Positions 9,625 to 19,166 of a DNA stretch of 64,000 nt are shown one piece after another. The DNA is taken from positions 64,001 to 128,000 of the IMG/VR virus record IMGVR_UViG_3300037755_000305. One strand, given 5' to 3'. Each line of letters opens with the position of its first letter. The stretch's first letter is position 1. The position numbers were made by a program, and so were the translations under genes. Below the pieces are notes generated by a model. That model was not told where the DNA came from. It did no database searches and saw only the letters and a list, made by a program, of their open reading frames with translations. The stretch comes from a virus.

Positions 9625-10377
9625 ATGTTGAATGTACGAAATAGTTACTGGGTTGTTCTGCTTGTTACTGCCCTGCTTTGCTGGGGCAGCGGAGCTGTAG
9701 CGCAGACGGGTGTACACGGGTACACCATCCCCACTGCTGATGGTCCACGGGCTCCCAGCATTGCGGTGTGTGGCTCTACAGCAAATCCCATCGAGGATGG
9801 TCGGCAGGGTCGTCTTGCTGATCGTCGCATGACTGGTCTCGATAGTCGCCGATACACAGCTTCGGTATGTCTTCCTGTCGGTGGAGATACCGGTCCGCGT
9901 GCTTTCTCGGTGCCGATCGAAGTGGCCGAAGCCATCGAAATTGTCGAACACAGTCTTGTCGCGCACTTTGAGCACGATTCTGCTACATTCGATGATGTAG
10001 AGGTTTTGCCAGCGATGGACGTTATCGTGTCATGGATGATCGTCACCCCAGAAGCAGGCTTGAAGCTCCAGGGTCATACTGACTCTACTGGAGACGCCGA
10101 CTACAATATGGAACTTTCTCATCAAAGAGTTGAGGCCGTCAAGTCCCTCTTCGTAAAGAGGGGTGTAGTTGCTGAGCGAATTCGAACCGAATGGTTCGGA
10201 GAGAACAACCTTTTGTTGGCAGTTCTCGGACGACAACGTGATAACCGTCGCGTGGATATCGAGGTCTACCAGATCGTAGAAGGTAAGGTTCTAGACGAAT
10301 TCGTTCCTCCGGTCCCGGTCGATGCTTCGACTGTGATCGGTGTGGTTGATACTCCGGTCTCGACCAAGAGCGAGTAA
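9625..10377 (+). CDS. OmpA/Pal C-terminal peptidoglycan-binding domain protein with signal peptide
   Basis: F-x-x-DSA, QGHTDSTG-x-x-x-YN-x-x-LS-x-x-R, G-E and NRRV-x-I motifs; hydrophobic N-terminus. Confidence 0.88.
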   Translation: MLNVRNSYWVVLLVTALLCWGSGAVAQTGVHGYTIPTADGPRAPSIAVCGSTANPIEDGRQGRLADRRMTGLDSRRYTASVCLPVGGDTGPRAFSVPIEVAEAIEIVEHSLVAHFEHDSATFDDVEVLPAMDVIVSWMIVTPEAGLKLQGHTDSTGDADYNMELSHQRVEAVKSLFVKRGVVAERIRTEWFGENNLLLAVLGRQRDNRRVDIEVYQIVEGKVLDEFVPPVPVDASTVIGVVDTPVSTKSE

Positions 10378-10382
10378 GATCC

Positions 10383-10417
10383 GGGCGGGGACTTCGGTCC
10401 CCGCCCAATTCTTATTT
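10383..10417 (+). terminator. Intrinsic terminator
   Basis: gggcggggac-TTCG-gtccccgccc 10-bp stem with cUUCGg tetraloop, then a U-rich tail, directly after the OmpA stop. Confidence 0.8.
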
Positions 10418-10418
10418 C

Positions 10419-10449
10419 AATCTCTGCTCTGCGGGTTGGAAGTAGAGAC
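10419..10449 (+). promoter_or_regulatory. Conserved 31-nt upstream element, copy 1
   Basis: AATCTCTGCTCTGCGGGTTGGAAGTAGAGAC; 3 mismatches to the five-copy consensus; 12 nt before ATG 10462. Confidence 0.7.
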
Positions 10450-10461
10450 TAAAGGGTAATC

Positions 10462-11607
10462 ATGACCAAGCTACTTCTGACGGTGTGCGCCTCTACTGAT
10501 GACATTGTACAGCTTGAGCCCACCATCGAGGCCCTGTACTACCAGTACGAAGATTGCCAAATTACCCTTCGCACTTTTAACGGATATCAGCCGTTTTTCG
10601 AACATCATCCGTATGTTTCTGAGATCATCGTCTTCGACGAAAACAATGAAGATATTGAGGGTTTCGATGTTTGTCTAGAAATTCCAGACATCAATAGCTG
10701 GTCCTTGGCCTTGCCAATCTCCACTGTAGAAAAGTTCGCTTGCGCCGCAGGGGTCCAGCTTCTACGCAAAACCCCCAAAATCTTCCTTGAGGAATATCCT
10801 GCCGACGAAAATTACATCCTTCTAGCGAAGGTAATCCATAGCGTACCAGAATGTCCCGTTTTTACCGAGAGTCTACACCACGCTTATGAAACGAAAGAAG
10901 TAGGTATTGCTACGGATTCTGACGATCTTCGGCGCATCTTGAAATTGATGGCAGCAGCAACCCTGGTAGTCGGTCCAGATAGTTGGGCCACACAGGCGGC
11001 TGCCGCCCTTGACGTTCGTGTCATCATGTCTATGGACGTTACTAACGAAGCACTGCGCGCTCCCTTTAATGTGGTAGTGGTGCCCGGAACCAAAGAGTCC
11101 ATTCTGCGAGCTGTCGAGGAAACCTTGTTCGAGAAGCGTTACCCGGATTACCTAAATTGCGGAAACGCTGCTGAGTTCATCAAGTGCCTCGCCAAAAAGT
11201 ACATGAAGGCACACTTCGTAGATATCGGCTGTAGCGCGTGGCCCATCCCGAACGGGATTCCGGTAGATAAAGACAACAGGAATGTCATTGAGGATGCCCC
11301 GGACGAATATTTCGCCGGTGTTTTTAGTTCCCACTGTCTTGAACACATTACAGAATGGGCTCAAGAACTTACCCTATGGCATCGTGTAATGAGGACTGGG
11401 GGCGCTATGGTTCTGTATCTTCCACACCCACGGGCCGAAGTATGGCACGCTCGCACAGGCTCCTGGGTAGGCAACGAGCACGTATGGAACCCGGAGCCAG
11501 TACAACTGGTACGATTCCTAAAGGAAGTCCTGGGAATGCACATTGTGGAGTACACGTCCAGGCGAGATCCCCTTTGGAGTTTTCACGTAGTTGCGAGGAA
11601 AATATGA
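10462..11607 (+). CDS. GT9-like glycosyltransferase fused to a class I SAM methyltransferase
   Basis: GT9-like LVVGPDSWATQAAAALDV; MTase-like VDIGCS, FSSHCLEH and W-x-RVMRTGG-x-MVLYLP. Confidence 0.75.
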   Translation: MTKLLLTVCASTDDIVQLEPTIEALYYQYEDCQITLRTFNGYQPFFEHHPYVSEIIVFDENNEDIEGFDVCLEIPDINSWSLALPISTVEKFACAAGVQLLRKTPKIFLEEYPADENYILLAKVIHSVPECPVFTESLHHAYETKEVGIATDSDDLRRILKLMAAATLVVGPDSWATQAAAALDVRVIMSMDVTNEALRAPFNVVVVPGTKESILRAVEETLFEKRYPDYLNCGNAAEFIKCLAKKYMKAHFVDIGCSAWPIPNGIPVDKDNRNVIEDAPDEYFAGVFSSHCLEHITEWAQELTLWHRVMRTGGAMVLYLPHPRAEVWHARTGSWVGNEHVWNPEPVQLVRFLKEVLGMHIVEYTSRRDPLWSFHVVARKI

Positions 11608-11623
11608 TGCCAAGTAAGGGAGT

Positions 11624-12022
11624 TTGAAGATGCCGACAGAAAACAATTATGGACTCTTGCCCGATACTGAGCCAGAAGAAGTAAAAGAAACCGAGGAACT
11701 CAATGAGTTCGACCAGCTCATTGCTTTGATGCTGGAGCTTGATCCGGCTAAGTACGCTTCGCACTGGGAGCCTGTAGAGCTTCGGAAGATGCGTGAGGTA
11801 TTGACTGCTGGTAACGGAAAATTCCCAAAGAAAGTGGTGCCCTATATTCACCTCATCCGAAAGTTCCTCTTCGCCAACGCCCAATTGATCGCCATGGCAG
11901 CACTGGCACACCAGACAGCTACCCAGAAGCGCGAAAAAGAAGAGTCTCTCATTAAGCCCGCCTCATTTGAGGAATTGGGCAAGATCGAATCTAGTCGAAT
12001 CCGAGGAGGTGGTGATGCGTAA
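11624..12022 (+). CDS. Hypothetical protein
   Basis: 132 aa ORF with SD (aagggag). Confidence 0.6.
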   Translation: MKMPTENNYGLLPDTEPEEVKETEELNEFDQLIALMLELDPAKYASHWEPVELRKMREVLTAGNGKFPKKVVPYIHLIRKFLFANAQLIAMAALAHQTATQKREKEESLIKPASFEELGKIESSRIRGGGDA

Positions 12023-12725
12023 AACATGGGACTCTAAAATTGTTGAGGAATTAAGGAATAAAGCTCTCTTACATAAAGAAGACATTGTACTAACGAAGGC
12101 AGAACATGATGACACTGTTTGCAAAATTAAGCACCATGTTTCACAGCTTGACAAGCAGGTGAATGGTAGCCAAGAGTTATATACAAAAAAACGGTCGGCT
12201 ACCAAGGCCAGTGATGACATATTATTAGGAAAATATGGGGAATACCTCGTGTCTCACTGGCTACACAACGGGAACGGAAAGTTACCTTTTCTAGAGCCTG
12301 ACATGAAGGTTTATGCGGCAAGTAAAAAAACTTGGGAGCCCGATTTACGTTTTTCTTCTATGGACAAAAGACTTCCTGATTTCGCAGTCAAAACATGTAG
12401 TCCCATTGCTGCAAAGCTAACTAGAAAGGAGAAAAATGACGACTACTCTTGGACTTTTCAGAATAGCAATAGTAATGGGAATGGTGGAACAGATAAGCTT
12501 GTGTGGGATAAAACTAACGAAGTCATTGTTGTTTTTGTATATGCGGATACCAAAAATAGAGGTGGCACGATTGTAGCCTCTTCTCCTTGGCGCAAGGTTA
12601 GCTGTCTTTTGGGTGAGCCTATTATAGAAAAGTATAAAGGCATAAAAAAATGTATATATTACAGTGACCTAGAAACAGTAGCGCGCGGCGAGCTACGGCG
12701 ATTGAAACAACAGAGGAAAGAATGA
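12015..12725 (+). CDS. AT-rich hypothetical protein, possible PD-(D/E)XK nuclease
   Basis: Start moved to ATG 12015 after SD gaggaggt. GKYGE...PD...DFAVKT resembles a PD-(D/E)XK core. Lys-rich and AT-richer than its neighbours. Confidence 0.4.
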   Translation: MRKTWDSKIVEELRNKALLHKEDIVLTKAEHDDTVCKIKHHVSQLDKQVNGSQELYTKKRSATKASDDILLGKYGEYLVSHWLHNGNGKLPFLEPDMKVYAASKKTWEPDLRFSSMDKRLPDFAVKTCSPIAAKLTRKEKNDDYSWTFQNSNSNGNGGTDKLVWDKTNEVIVVFVYADTKNRGGTIVASSPWRKVSCLLGEPIIEKYKGIKKCIYYSDLETVARGELRRLKQQRKE

Positions 12726-13849
12726 ACCCCACCAAGATACTTGTCACCCGCTATGGAGGTTGTGGAGATATGGTCATGATGGAGCCGGTACTGGAGGCTC
12801 TATTTTACAAGTACGCCCCGGCGGAGGTATATCTGCGAACTCATCCAGTCTACGCTGATTTGCACGAGTTTCATCCTCTTCTAAGTGGCGTCATCAAAGG
12901 TATCCTAACTGCCAGCTATACGCTTCCTGGTTACGACAGTGATGAGAAGAAGCCCCAAGGTTTTGATCGGTTCTACAATACCACTGGCTGCGTAGAAATG
13001 AATCGTGGAATACACGGCATCGACAGTTTTGCGTTCTCTATGAGTGCCGTCCCGTTTCGTAGAACTCCCGTGATGTATCTTGATCCTAGCCGCACTGTCG
13101 AGCCTTTGGATATCGTGATCCATACTCCGAAGCGGTCTCCTGGCTCTCCCAGAAATCACGATTTCCGACATTATGACATTCCTGAGATCGTCGGAAAGCA
13201 CTTCGACTCACAGGGTATCAAGTATCGCTCCATCACCTCTTTTGGTCAAGGTGAGGAGGTAGAGGGTGGTCTCCAGCATATCGCCCAGCAAATAGCAGGA
13301 GCCAAACTCTTCATTGGACCAGATTCGTCCGGTTTTCACATGGCTTCGGCGCTTGGGGTGCCCCATATTGCCGCTTTCACCGATGATTTCCCTGCGGGTA
13401 TAAGGGCTTATCCGAATACTGTCTCCACACGAGATATGGACCTGCCATCTCTTCTACAAAAGGCTACGGCTCTATACACGGCTCCACAAGGTCCTAAATC
13501 GTTTGGGTCGGAGCGGGTAGACCTGTTGAGCGAAAAGTATGCTTATGGGCGAACCCTGGAGCTGGGGAGTCCCATTGAAGGCGGAAACTATGATTTGATT
13601 CGTCTCTCGGGGCTCCTTGAGAACGAGGACTGGAGACAACAACTCTGGGACTATTCGGAACGACTTTCCCCAGGGGGAACCATCTTCATGTACGAACGCT
13701 ACGGGAGTTTTGACCCATTGTTGCTCACCAAGTATTTGATGCTCACGGCAGGGCTGAATGTTGTGGAGTACACAGCGACACCGGACGCCTACGGGCATTT
13801 CTTTGTGGCAGCACAGAAGACACAGCGTCCTCGAACAAGGGCGTTGTGA
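12722..13849 (+). CDS. GT9-like glycosyltransferase with degenerate C-terminal methyltransferase-like domain
   Basis: RYGGCGDMVM N-terminal motif and LFIGPDSSGFHMASALGVP; tail (LSPGGTIFMY...LNVVEY) parallels the C-terminus of 10462-11607. Confidence 0.75.
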   Translation: MNPTKILVTRYGGCGDMVMMEPVLEALFYKYAPAEVYLRTHPVYADLHEFHPLLSGVIKGILTASYTLPGYDSDEKKPQGFDRFYNTTGCVEMNRGIHGIDSFAFSMSAVPFRRTPVMYLDPSRTVEPLDIVIHTPKRSPGSPRNHDFRHYDIPEIVGKHFDSQGIKYRSITSFGQGEEVEGGLQHIAQQIAGAKLFIGPDSSGFHMASALGVPHIAAFTDDFPAGIRAYPNTVSTRDMDLPSLLQKATALYTAPQGPKSFGSERVDLLSEKYAYGRTLELGSPIEGGNYDLIRLSGLLENEDWRQQLWDYSERLSPGGTIFMYERYGSFDPLLLTKYLMLTAGLNVVEYTATPDAYGHFFVAAQKTQRPRTRAL

Positions 13850-13850
13850 T

Positions 13851-13881
13851 AATCCCTGCTCTGCGGGTTGATAGCAGAGAC
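13851..13881 (+). promoter_or_regulatory. Conserved 31-nt upstream element, copy 2
   Basis: GTGAT-AATCCCTGCTCTGCGGGTTGATAGCAGAGAC; 1 mismatch to consensus; 12 nt before GTG 13894. Confidence 0.75.
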
Positions 13882-13893
13882 TAAAGGAATATC

Positions 13894-14172
13894 GTGATTA
13901 CTCTATTCCTCGAAGGACTAGTTTTTGGAATCTGGCTCTTGGGGGCCATGACACCGTTGCTTTTACTGGCAGCGGTCGTGGGTGCCACACTGTATCGACT
14001 TTTTAGGGAAGAATACATAGACGCAGCCACATTCATTGAGGATTTTCCACCGGAAATCCCCACGTCAGAACCCGAACCAGAGCCGCCAAGACATAGGTTC
14101 ATTGCGAGCACTATTGTCCGGCCTCCTAACATCCATAAGGTATCAGATGAAGATTCGGAAGAAAAGCCTTGA
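13894..14172 (+). CDS. Small membrane protein
   Basis: Hydrophobic N-terminal ~33 aa followed by a Pro/Glu-rich tail. Confidence 0.55.
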   Translation: MITLFLEGLVFGIWLLGAMTPLLLLAAVVGATLYRLFREEYIDAATFIEDFPPEIPTSEPEPEPPRHRFIASTIVRPPNIHKVSDEDSEEKP

Positions 14173-14404
14173 AGGTCCGTTCGCAAAAGCCCGATTGTGG
14201 TTGATAGAATTTGCTGATTCGCACAAGCTAAAGAACGAAACCCTGTTAGAACCATTGGAGGCAGATTGGTCAGCCTACGATAAGGTTCGCGCTGCCTACG
14301 TGCTGGGTGTCATTTGGGGACGGTTCCGTCAAATGGAAAGCAAGCTGGAACAAGCCACAGACTACGCCAATCTCGTCAATAAGGAACTTGACGACGATGA
14401 ATGA
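14147..14404 (+). CDS. Hypothetical protein
   Basis: In-frame ATG at 14147 within ORF 14036-14404 minimises overlap with the upstream gene. Confidence 0.5.
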   Translation: MKIRKKSLEGPFAKARLWLIEFADSHKLKNETLLEPLEADWSAYDKVRAAYVLGVIWGRFRQMESKLEQATDYANLVNKELDDDE

Positions 14405-15032
14405 CGATTTTAGGATAATCGAGAATTGGCTACCTCTTGATAAGGCTAATCTGATTGCTGACAAGATTGAGACGATCCAAGACTGGGATGCACGTATCTG
14501 CGACAGTTCCGGCGGTCCACGAATCATAGAAAACAGCGCCCTGAAATCTCTAGGCATGACCGCTGAAGAGTACGCCCGCTCTCATCCTGAGAGCCTGGAG
14601 TCTCTGGCTCGGGGCGGCACAATGGCTTACTTGTTCTTTGTCAAGAGATTGGCTACCTTTGATCCTGAACTTGCACATTGGTTCGATACCGACGTGTTGC
14701 CTATAGGTAACATGTTCACGGACCAAGACAACAACTACATTGAAGAACCTCAGGTTACAATGTATTCATCCGGTTGTTTCCTGGGACAACATACCGATGG
14801 TGTGGGCAACAGACAAGTTGCCTTTATTGCCAATTTCACACGTAACTGGCAACCAGATTTCGGTGGCTGCCTGACTGTTTTGTCTAAAGGCAAGTGGCAA
14901 GTTATTACTCCAACTTTCAATTCCCTGGTTCTGATGAACGTTAGATCAGCGAATAGTCACTACGTTAGCCAAGTGGCCAGTTGGGTAACACACAGAAGAA
15001 CAGCCATTACTGGCTGGTTCGGAAGGAGATAA
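14397..15032 (+). CDS. 2-oxoglutarate/Fe(II) dioxygenase (prolyl-hydroxylase-like fold)
   Basis: Y-x-x-G-x-FL-x-x-H-T-D, W-x-x-x-x-GG-x-L, distal H (NSHYV) and R-x-x-ITGWF; start moved to ATG 14397. Confidence 0.85.
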   Translation: MNDDFRIIENWLPLDKANLIADKIETIQDWDARICDSSGGPRIIENSALKSLGMTAEEYARSHPESLESLARGGTMAYLFFVKRLATFDPELAHWFDTDVLPIGNMFTDQDNNYIEEPQVTMYSSGCFLGQHTDGVGNRQVAFIANFTRNWQPDFGGCLTVLSKGKWQVITPTFNSLVLMNVRSANSHYVSQVASWVTHRRTAITGWFGRR

Positions 15033-15033
15033 A

Positions 15034-15798
15034 ATGCCTAAGCCTAAGAATTTCGTACCCAAGAGACTGCTGGTAGGAATCGTTCTCGATCGCAGTAGCT
15101 CCATGAGTTCCATCTTGGAACCCACCATCAGCGGCACCAATGAGCAGTTTTCTGCTCTGCGGGATTCCGATGATGCCGCCAACACGTTCGTTGCCTTCAA
15201 CACCTTCAGTAACGTGGTGACGCCAGTCTTCCACGATGGTACCCCAGAGAAGAATCCGACTCTGGTTCCAGTCACCAGCCTGAAAGACATCAGCGATGCT
15301 GATTACCGCCCGAGCGGTATGACAGCCATGTTCGATGGTGTCAATGCCATGATCGACTTTCTCTCCGCAGAAGCATCTCATGTTGATGATGTTCTCATTG
15401 TCGTTATCAGCGACGGAGGTGAAAACGCCTCCACAACCACTTCCGAGAATCTTGCTTCCAAAATCAAGGAGCTTCAGGACGCTGGGTGGAACTTCACCTA
15501 CATCGGGGCCAACCAGGATCTTACACAGGTCCAGTCGCAGCTTGGTTTCCACAAGGGAAACATGATGACGTTCGATGCTAATGTGGTAGGAACACAGGCT
15601 ATGCAAGGTACTGTAGCAAACGCTCTATCCACCTACACGGCAACCCGGTCCGCCGCACTCAGGGGCGGAAACACGGGACGTCTTTCAACCCAGGCTCTCT
15701 ATGCCATGCCTGATCCGGACGACAAGTTCGCTGTAGATGTTGATCTCACCAATGACGTTATAGAGACCACTACAGACGTAGAGGAAACGGTTAGTTAA
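15034..15798 (+). CDS. von Willebrand factor A (MIDAS) domain protein
   Basis: IVLDRSSSM (DxSxS), T-A-M-F-D and VISDGGENAS. Confidence 0.85.
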   Translation: MPKPKNFVPKRLLVGIVLDRSSSMSSILEPTISGTNEQFSALRDSDDAANTFVAFNTFSNVVTPVFHDGTPEKNPTLVPVTSLKDISDADYRPSGMTAMFDGVNAMIDFLSAEASHVDDVLIVVISDGGENASTTTSENLASKIKELQDAGWNFTYIGANQDLTQVQSQLGFHKGNMMTFDANVVGTQAMQGTVANALSTYTATRSAALRGGNTGRLSTQALYAMPDPDDKFAVDVDLTNDVIETTTDVEETVS

Positions 15799-17082
15799 GT
15801 GTCCGACGAGATGAGCACAGAACAGAAGATCTGCTTCGACGAAGCCATGAGCGGCCAGAACCTATTCATATCGGGTCCTGGAGGTGTGGGTAAAAGCTTC
15901 GTCGTAAAGCATATCATAGAAGAGTTCAAGGCTCGTGGACACAAGTTTCGAATTGCTGCTTCTACCGGCGTTGCTGCTCTCAACGTCGGTGGAAGCACCA
16001 TCCACTCCCTTCTCGGAACACGCTTAGCTGGCAACATAAAAGAAGCAAAAGAGTACCATGGTACCGGTGCCATGCAGAAGGCGCAAGCCCGACTAAACTT
16101 CGTCAAGACGCTAATCATTGACGAAGTGTCGATGCTATCGGGCGATTACATTACTATGATGGATTGGTGGCTACAGCAAGTTAGAAGTTGCCCAGAAGCC
16201 TTTGGCGGTGTGCAGATCATTTTTTGTGGAGACTTCCTACAGCTACCGCCTGTTGAGAAAGGCGATACTGCCGAATACCGTTTTGCCATAGATTCCCCTT
16301 CCTGGGAACGCGCCAACCTGAAAACGATTGATCTACAGAGGTCATTTAGGCAAGATGACGCTGTTTTCGTTAATGCACTAAATCGCGTGAGGTTCGGAGA
16401 ATACACGAAAGAAATTAGGAAGGTTTTTCGACCCTGCGTTGGTAGGGAACTGGAAGAACCTACGCATCTGGTCGCCACCAACAAAGAAGCCGATCAAATA
16501 AATTTCGATAAGCTGCGAGCACACCCTGGTGAAGAACTTTATGCCAAACCTAATTTCTCAATCTTCACCAAGTACCCTGATGGCGTTAAAGAGAAAATGG
16601 TCCGCGATAGCTTGACAGATTCTCCTCTATGCTTGAAGACAGGCGTTCCTGTGCTTTTGTTGAAAAATCATCGAGAAGGAATGTATGTCAACGGAAGTCG
16701 AGGTGTAGTCAAGCGCCTCAACCAGAGCGGTGACGGGGAAATCGGTAGTATTTTGGTTACCTTGGACACAGGAGAGGACGTTCTCGTAGAAAGAGTTGAG
16801 TGGGAACAACTTGACGGGGACGGCAGAGTGTTGGCTATTATGACGCATTTCCCTGTACGTCTGGGCTGGGCCTTGACCATACATAAAAGTCAAGGACTTA
16901 CACTAGATAATGTAGAGATTGATCTTTCCCGGGGGTTCGCCTGCGGACAGGCGTATGTGGCACTTTCCCGAATGCGTTCCCTGGAGGGACTGTCTCTAAC
17001 GATACCTATCGACCCTAGCATTGTCAAAGCTGAGCCCCGTCTAGTGGAATTCTACGATAAGGCGAGAGTAAACGAGCTGTAG
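15799..17082 (+). CDS. PIF1/RecD-like superfamily 1B DNA helicase
   Basis: Walker A GPGGVGKS, IIDEVSML, GDFLQLPPV, HKSQGLTL, GQAYVALSR. Confidence 0.93.
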   Translation: MSDEMSTEQKICFDEAMSGQNLFISGPGGVGKSFVVKHIIEEFKARGHKFRIAASTGVAALNVGGSTIHSLLGTRLAGNIKEAKEYHGTGAMQKAQARLNFVKTLIIDEVSMLSGDYITMMDWWLQQVRSCPEAFGGVQIIFCGDFLQLPPVEKGDTAEYRFAIDSPSWERANLKTIDLQRSFRQDDAVFVNALNRVRFGEYTKEIRKVFRPCVGRELEEPTHLVATNKEADQINFDKLRAHPGEELYAKPNFSIFTKYPDGVKEKMVRDSLTDSPLCLKTGVPVLLLKNHREGMYVNGSRGVVKRLNQSGDGEIGSILVTLDTGEDVLVERVEWEQLDGDGRVLAIMTHFPVRLGWALTIHKSQGLTLDNVEIDLSRGFACGQAYVALSRMRSLEGLSLTIPIDPSIVKAEPRLVEFYDKARVNEL

Positions 17083-17150
17083 CACAACATACCGTCGTAA
17101 ACTAAAGATTAGGTAGGAAACACCCCTTATTTCTACGCAGGAGGTTCCTC

Positions 17151-18719
17151 GTGACTGACGACAACCAAGTTTGCCCTCATTGCCACAGCGACTCGCTACA
17201 GAAGCGCGGTCTTACCAAGGCAGAAGAACCCAAGCAACAGTATGCCTGTAACGAATGCGGTAAATGGTTCCTTGTTTCCCTCGTAGAGATTGATGACGAC
17301 AAAGAGTTTACACTCACCAAATCCCAAATCGCTGCACTTGAGCGCAAGGACCGATTCTTCGTTACGTGTTCCCAGAACAATACCCCTGTTGATAGAGGGT
17401 TTTGGTCTGCTATCGAGCATTATCGCGCCGAAAACGGTTCCGAACTTCTGATTCCTCCCATTAGGTACAAGAATCCTACCTCTCGCTTCGACGCTCAAGA
17501 TGACGACAATGATGTGTGGTGGCCGGATGAAGTTGTTCCGTTCCTGTGTGAAAGCATCGTCAAGATTCACCCAGAATTGTGGGTCATGGGTAACATGCGA
17601 ATCCAGGCAACTGCCACAAACCCGCTTACTGGTCTGGAAACCATCTCTCATAACGCTTCTGCTATCTACGGACACAACCAGCTCCAGATGAAGACCATTC
17701 CCACGCCGCAGCAGGATCTTCCTAAGCAGTTGTGGGCTTCTGGTTCGTGTTCTGTTCAAAACTACTCTAAAACCAAGGCTGGTGTCAAGGGTGAACACCA
17801 TCACACGATTGCTGGTCTCGTTATCGAGAAGAAGGGCAAGAAGTTCCACATTCGCCCTGTCATCTGGGATGGTGAGTGTTTCTACGACCTTGACAAGAAA
17901 TACACCGTAGATGGGGTAGAGCGCAATCAGCGCATTTCGGCTCTGGTTACTGGCGACGAGCACGCCCTGTTCAATTGCCCAGATGTCAAAGCAGCTACAT
18001 ACACCAACAAAGACAGCATCTCTGCGGTTCTGAAGCCTGAAGTGGTTGTGCGTCACGATGTGTTCGATGGCTACTCCATTTCTCATCACCACCGAAACAA
18101 TCCGCTCACACAGTACGTTAAGTGGCGAGAAGGAGTCAATAAGGTTGAGGATGAACTTCAAGCCACAATTGACTATATTTGCGAAACGACACCAGCCGGG
18201 ACTACGAATATCATTGTGGCGTCCAACCACAACGAACACCTATATCGGTGGCTCAAGGAGGTTGATTGGAAGCTAGAGCCATGGAATGCCAAGATCTTCC
18301 ATTGGTTCTGGTATCACATGCTCGACGAGGCTGGATTCGGGGAAGCAGGAGCTTTTACTTTCGATCCATTCGCCTATTGGGCAGAACAACACATGGACCC
18401 GAAATGTTCCACCAAATTCCTGGAGCGAGATGAGTCTTACGTAGTAAATCGGGTCGAACTGTCGTTACATGGTGATCTAGGTCCCAACGGGTCCAGGGGT
18501 TCTGCGGCCAACTTGAACAAGATCGGAATTCGGTCCATAATAGGTCATTCACATAGTCCCTGCATTGAAAAGGGGGTCGTCCAGGTCGGTACCAGCTCGT
18601 ACCTGAAGCTGGAGTACACCTCTGGTCCCAGTTCATGGATGAATTCTCACGCGCTCGTCTACAAGAATGGAAAACGAGCGCTCGTCAATGTTCTTGACGG
18701 CGGCGAATGGCGGGGCTAA
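17151..18719 (+). CDS. Calcineurin-like metallophosphoesterase with N-terminal Zn ribbon
   Basis: GDEH, HDVFDG, SNHNEH, HGD and GHSHS motifs; N-terminal CPHC...QQYACNEC. Confidence 0.78.
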   Translation: MTDDNQVCPHCHSDSLQKRGLTKAEEPKQQYACNECGKWFLVSLVEIDDDKEFTLTKSQIAALERKDRFFVTCSQNNTPVDRGFWSAIEHYRAENGSELLIPPIRYKNPTSRFDAQDDDNDVWWPDEVVPFLCESIVKIHPELWVMGNMRIQATATNPLTGLETISHNASAIYGHNQLQMKTIPTPQQDLPKQLWASGSCSVQNYSKTKAGVKGEHHHTIAGLVIEKKGKKFHIRPVIWDGECFYDLDKKYTVDGVERNQRISALVTGDEHALFNCPDVKAATYTNKDSISAVLKPEVVVRHDVFDGYSISHHHRNNPLTQYVKWREGVNKVEDELQATIDYICETTPAGTTNIIVASNHNEHLYRWLKEVDWKLEPWNAKIFHWFWYHMLDEAGFGEAGAFTFDPFAYWAEQHMDPKCSTKFLERDESYVVNRVELSLHGDLGPNGSRGSAANLNKIGIRSIIGHSHSPCIEKGVVQVGTSSYLKLEYTSGPSSWMNSHALVYKNGKRALVNVLDGGEWRG

Positions 18720-18949
18720 TGCCCACCGTCTACGGACACAGACTACGCTGGGTCGAGGATCAGGTTCCCTGTACTGAGTGTGGTGCGCCTCACGACGAAA
18801 GCTGGTTCATGGTCTCTGTAATGCCCGGAGACAAGCTTTTGTGCCGAACCTGCCTCTCAGTGTGGAAAGAACAAGAAAAGTCTGAACAGGACGTTGACGA
18901 GCTTTTCGCTAATGTTCCTCGGCGAGCAGGGCGACGGGTTCTTTCCTAG
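18707..18949 (+). CDS. Small Zn-finger protein
   Basis: CTEC and CRTC pairs; last + strand gene before the strand switch. Confidence 0.45.
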   Translation: MAGLMPTVYGHRLRWVEDQVPCTECGAPHDESWFMVSVMPGDKLLCRTCLSVWKEQEKSEQDVDELFANVPRRAGRRVLS

Positions 18950-19166
18950 TCCATCTGTAGAGTCCAAAGGCATCCATACAAAGAAATAGGGCTCCCCACC
19001 CCCAGATCGAAGACATACCCATTTCGATTCCAATCCAGAGCCATCCCGCTTCTCCAATGAAACGGAATACCCAACCCCAACTGCTCTTTCTAGCAAGCAT
19101 AAACATACCAAAAGCTAGAGAGGCATAGAATACATGACCGAAGACATCGAGTATTTCTAGGGTCAT
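18909..19166 (-). CDS. Small multi-pass membrane protein (PnuC-like)
   Basis: Three hydrophobic, Trp/Gly-rich segments, LARKSSWGW pattern. Confidence 0.5.
   Translation of the reverse strand: MTLEILDVFGHVFYASLAFGMFMLARKSSWGWVFRFIGEAGWLWIGIEMGMSSIWGWGALFLCMDAFGLYRWTRKEPVALLAEEH

Noticed and set aside
17151-17290. IS1-like insertion sequence
   Set aside because: Only the Zn ribbon resembles InsA; it is fused in frame to a phosphoesterase, with no transposase or inverted repeats.
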